Positions 59,410-64,000 of a stretch of 64,000 bases of DNA are shown here, one piece after another. The translations under genes were made by a program, and so were the position numbers. Below the pieces are notes generated by a model. The model saw nothing but the letters and a program-made list of their open reading frames with translations. It did not search any database and was not told where the DNA came from. Each line of letters starts with the position of its first letter. Position 1 is the first letter of the stretch. Source of the DNA: Klebsormidium nitens (lineage: Eukaryota; Plantae; Klebsormidiophyceae); NCBI GenBank assembly GCA_000708835.1, contig DF237025.1, positions 1 through 64,000 on the forward strand, written 5' to 3'.

Positions 59410-60645
59410 GCTGGCTCGCCGGCATGATCACTTTGGTGCAACAGGGCTGATCCGTGCCGTGCTTCAGAGACTCAAAGGCTGTGATCCGCTATGTGGAACA
59501 TCGTCTTCTCTTACTGTTCATGGAACTAAAGAGGAGCTTTCATTGATGCAGACTTGTTTCTAACATAAACCTGTCAGCGCCTTGATTGTGGTATCACTCC
59601 AGCTCTTGCCCTGGACGCTCATCTGAGAAATGCTACAATCTGGTTGTCTTGCTCCAAGGCTGCATTTGCAAATGCGAAGGCATACTTGTCTGTTGCAGTA
59701 AGGTGATGCAATTCAGACCGCCTCACACAACCTGTGATGTGAGCACCAAACGTACACGTTTTCAATGACAGGCAAATCCTTCCGCCAGCTCAAATGCCAC
59801 AAACTCAGTGCGCACAATCCTCCTTTGCAGATCAACATTGGCAAGCCTGCAAACTTCAATGCTGCACAGCTGTTGGCTCAGCAAGACCAGCCATTGCTGC
59901 AACAGCAGCAGAATGTTCATCATCACGTTCTGCTTGCAAACAACGTGCTCTAGAGCTGGAATATTATCCACTTGGATTCAGAACATGCTCAGAAAATTAC
60001 GTAAGTTGAACAGTGATTTCGGAATCAAAGCGGCACCGGGAGGTTTAGGGTTTTGTTTTAGGGTTCCATTGCATGTGAGAGCTGGGCTAGCTGAGCCAAG
60101 TACTAAAACCCCCCTAGCCTGGGCAGGGAGTCGGAGCTGTTGCACAAGGGAGCGGTCTGTTGGAGCTGTTGCTATTGCCTGGAATTGAACGCTTGATCGT
60201 TACAAAATGCTGTAGGTGAGGATCCGTAGATAAATCCGTCCATCACATGTACACTTTTTCTTTGCCCTCTGGGCTATACCGAAAGAAACCATCTACCGAA
60301 AGAAACCATTTGCTAGACGATCAATTTTCTGGACAGGGTCCAGCTAGCATACCAAGCAAGCCGGCTGATCAGTGCTCCTGTAGGCACTGCGTCTCTTGAC
60401 AGGTAGACCACCTTTTGCAGGGACTTCACACAAGGGGGGGCAACATCTCTGTTTGAAAATTTGTGACCTGCCGCAGTCATTTGTTCAGTGCTCGCATGTT
60501 CGTTTCTGTAGCAGACTACATGAGACGGTGAGCGGAGGTTGGTTAGAGCAACGTAGTCAGACTCAGGGGTAAGGACAATCTTCAGGAGCTTTGCAACATC
60601 TTTGTTGCATGCCGAAGGCCCACTTCGCCCAGCTTGCTCTGACAG

Positions 60646-63600
60646 ATGGCAAACCCGGCTGAATCTGAGGTTCCGGAAACCAGTCACAGCGCTCCAGGTG
60701 GCGCCGCAGCGGCCATGGAGCTGATCGCTGAGCTGGAGGAGCGGCTGGAGAAGGCGCAGGCAGAAAAGGAGCGTCTGCAGAGGGACGTTGATGAGCTGTG
60801 CAAGCAGCAGGTGGGGCAGGGGCTTCTGGGGGTGGCCTTTGGGTCTTCGGAGGCCGTCGCAAGGTATGCGAATGCTTGTAATCTGTTTGTTGAAAATGGC
60901 ATTCTGTCGCCCCGCTGCTCTTTGTGGAAAGCGGGGGGTGACGTTTCGCAGTGCTGAACATGTGAATTGGTGCCAGACGCATGATTTGACAGCATAATAT
61001 ACTGCCTGTGTCTCTCTCCTGAAATACGGGTGGGCTGGCGCCCCTGCGAAACCCCCCCCACTCTCTGGTTGCAGCCCGTGTGTCAGTACTTGAGGCAGAG
61101 AGGTTGTTGCGAATTTCGCTGCCGTATGATTTTTTGAAGAAGGAGGTTTTTCTACCTTCAACCTTTCCAGTCGAATGGCTTGACCAAAGCGAAGGAACCT
61201 CTTACATACTTAGAATAATTGGGCAGGTCACCCAGATTGTTTTAAGATTCCAAATCTCTAACAGTCCGCCCACTTGTCCTGGGGCCTTGGGAGATATTTC
61301 ACCCGTTCCAAATGGTGGGCGAGTAAGAAAGCTGTCACTTAGTTTGAATGCTAAATGGTTCCTCGACATTCAGCCGGACAATTGTTCAAGCCCAGTGCTT
61401 CAGCATCTCGGCCTTTCAAACTACAATTCACTGCCAATATGACTCTTCACAAAGTGCCCCTTCCTGAGTTGCAACATTTTCGCTCGCCCCTTCGGCAAGA
61501 ATTTTTATGTTCTTCCCTCATGCTCAACTTTCCTTCTTCTTACTCACTTCAGTCTACCGTTTTCGTGTAGGATACACGCCCGGAGGGTGAGTGGCTTGGA
61601 GGATCAGATACGCGGTTGGAAGGCCCAGAACCAGGAATTGACCAAGCAAGCCGCTGAGATGCAAGTGAGGGGTTTGATTGTCGCTGACCCGGTTACACAT
61701 CTTACTTGTGAGAGAAATAAAATGGTTCGTGTTGAAGGTAGAGTGAGCGGTATGTTCCTGGACCTAACCTAGCAATGGATGGGGAATGTGGTTTGTCGCT
61801 GAGAGGTACAAAGGAGGGGATTAGGCTTTGTTGGGTACTTGTCCGTGGTCCAAAGTCCTCAAAAAGAGTATGGAGACTTCAACCCAACCTATGCAGTGCT
61901 CGCAACTCATGTGTTGACAACGTGCAACAAATTCTTATGGATTGCAGCACGGTCCAAGCCGGTCGTTCGTTGACGCCAATGAACTAGGACAATCGCCAAC
62001 CCTCCGACCAACTTGAGAATCCGAAACTCATGCAACTGCTTCTCATCCAGGCTGAGATTCGGGAGCTGCACCGCACAAAGACCATCGCCCAGCAGGCGCT
62101 GCGCGACGCCGACGAGCGCGCACGGCTGGCGCGCGCCGACGTCGCCCACTTTCAGAACCAGGTCGCGGCGGCGCTGGGGCAGCGGGACGAGGCGCTGCTC
62201 GAAGCCGACCAGGCCAAGGAGCGGTGTGAAAAGGCGCTAAGCGAGTGTGAAGCGGCTCAAGAGCGGTGTGAAAAAGCAATCCAGGAGAGGGATCGGTTAG
62301 GAACAGAGCTGGCGGAGTTGAAGGCGGAGGTGGGCCGGTTTCTGCACGAGGGGGGTGAAAGTGGGGCCCTAAGGAGCCCCCCGGAAGCGATTGGGCAGGA
62401 CGCGGCGGAGGGGATGTGCCAGGAATGTGGGAGAGGATCGTCCAGGCGGGAAGAGGAAGGAGGGGCGGAAGAGTCCGATGTAAACGACGAGGCGGTTAGC
62501 GAGGAAGAGCAAGACACGGCTAGTGAAGGATCCTTCGACGAAGAGTCGGTTAATGCAGGACGATTGGGAGAAGACGCTTCTGAACCAGGAGAAGCAAGTG
62601 ACGGATGTTTGAACGTCCAGAAAGGGACGCCAGGGGAGGGCTTCGCTAGTGAAGCTTATGAAGCGGAGAGGCGGGCGATGCATGAGAGAGTGGAAAGCTT
62701 GGAGGAGCAATTGCGGCTGGTGACGGAAGAAAGGGAGTTGCTCAGGAATGAGCTAGAGGCCTCAAAACGGGAAGAAAAAGATGGGGGTAATTTGAGAGCT
62801 GCTGTTGGGACGGTGGCTGAGACGCAATTCGTTGGAGGAGTTGTTAAGAGGAAGGGTGTAGAGACGCAGATAGGAACGGCCGCAGATGCATCGGCATCAG
62901 AAGAAACGGAGGCCGAGTTGCGGGAATCGACCACAACAGCGCTCGGCAAAGAAACTCATACAGAAGCAGAGTCGGAAGTAGAGCGAGAGAAACGAGAGCC
63001 GGTACGCGCAGAGTCACTGCCACGTGTCAACGTTTTCGACGTCGATGCGCTCGGCGCAGGGCTTGTGAGTGCCAGCTCGGCTTTGCAAGCGCAGCTGTCG
63101 CAGCTTCTGAACGAGCCGGGAGTTGCGTCTGTGCTCGAAGAAACTGCAGAACGGGCGATAGCCAGTCAAGAACTCCCGGAAAGTGCCACGTCATCGGCCG
63201 AAAATAGGTCTCTGGATCTGTCCCTTTCCTCTACCCACCCCTGGAAACTTCCTCGGCCGAACAGGGTCAGCGAGCTCGACGAGTCTGCTAACCTTGGCGC
63301 AACCTCTTCAGTCAACTCACACAAAGCGAGCGAAAGCCCCTCGGATCAACCTTCAGCTCCCAGCAATAGTAGCTCCGATAAGCCCCCAGACTCCGGCAAT
63401 AGTCGACTAGGAGGTCTATCCAACTCCGACGGCTTATCGGCGATTCCTGGCGAAGAGTTCGATGTGCGGCGCGCCCTCGCACAGGCAGCACAGGAAAAGG
63501 TCGCGGCCCTAGTTCTGCTGAGTCAGCAAGAGGAGCGGCACGAGATGGAGGCGCGCCAAACCCTAAACCTCCACGCGCGACTCGGGGAGGCGCAGGAGCG

Positions 63601-63694
63601 GCTCGCGGACGTGGTCCAGGAGAAGGTCGCGGCGCTGCTCGAAGTAGCGCAGTTGAGGGAAGAGGTTAAGAATCTGAAGGACTCGGAGAGGTGA
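60646..63694 (+). CDS. Plant coiled-coil 'myosin heavy chain-related' protein (MEE13-like, from recall); may continue past 63690
   Basis: Exons ~60646-60863, 61571-~61663, 62051-~63690. Motifs RLQRDVDELCKQQ, RRVSGLEDQI, VAHFQNQVAAALGQRDEALLEADQA, ALAQAAQEKVAALVLLSQQEERH. A possible donor ag|gtgagg overlaps the apparent stop. Confidence 0.7.
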
Positions 63695-64000
63695 GGGGTA
63701 ACAGTTGGGGCTCTTCAGGTGCATTGGTCATTCTTGCAGGGGTCTATTCCCGCAAGCAGAAGAGCCATCAATTTCAATAAAACATAAAAACTGAAAGGAA
63801 AAAGTCTTTTTTTTTGAATAAAATTGAGAAATGATTGAAAAAGCATGCGTTTTTTTAAAGATACGCGTGGGAGACCTCTAGAGTCGTTGGTTGGGTGCTA
63901 TGGATACGGCTTCCAGATGTGCTTAACGATTTAAGGACGAACGTGGTCTCAACCTTGAAGAACTCTGAGAGCGGGTGATGTGCACTAATTGGATTGCCCA

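Noticed and set aside
60044-60065. TTTAGGG twice; also scattered single copies elsewhere
   Set aside because: Too few for a telomeric array. One perfect telo-box (TAGGGTTT at 60046) may be a promoter element but is unsupported.
1-64000. tRNA, rRNA, snoRNA or intact transposase/RT/integrase genes
   Set aside because: None recognised by eye; a covariance-model search could still find small RNAs.

Overview
Eukaryotic nuclear DNA with spliceosomal introns, GC-rich exons and streptophyte-type genes. A charophyte alga such as Klebsormidium is my inference from gene content and intron style; it is not proven. From 10.8 to 64 kb there are 11 intron-containing genes, mostly in head-to-head pairs: RED/SMU2 (-), XRCC3 (+), ECHIDNA/TVP23 (-), LOV/LOV protein LLP (+), plastid-type alpha/beta-hydrolase (-), a 79-aa TM/coiled-coil protein (+), SFR2 (-), PDAT (+), a secreted dirigent/AOC-barrel-like protein (-), GnTII/MGAT2 (-, two frameshifts at homopolymers) and a MEE13-like coiled-coil protein (+). 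The first 10.6 kb is accessory-like. It holds an 8-exon secreted multidomain group-XII-like phospholipase A2 gene with one in-frame TAG, a Cys-rich peptide exon and decayed ORF remnants. Main unusual signal: introns of at least five unrelated genes are largely built from tandem ~110-175 bp copies of their own splice junction ('splice-junction echoes'). The copies generally decay with distance from the live junction, and in several the GT or AG is specifically mutated. Second signal: SFR2 (releases DAG) and PDAT (consumes DAG) share a ~590 bp divergent promoter. All alignments and counts were done by eye, and gene names come from motif recall, not database searches.
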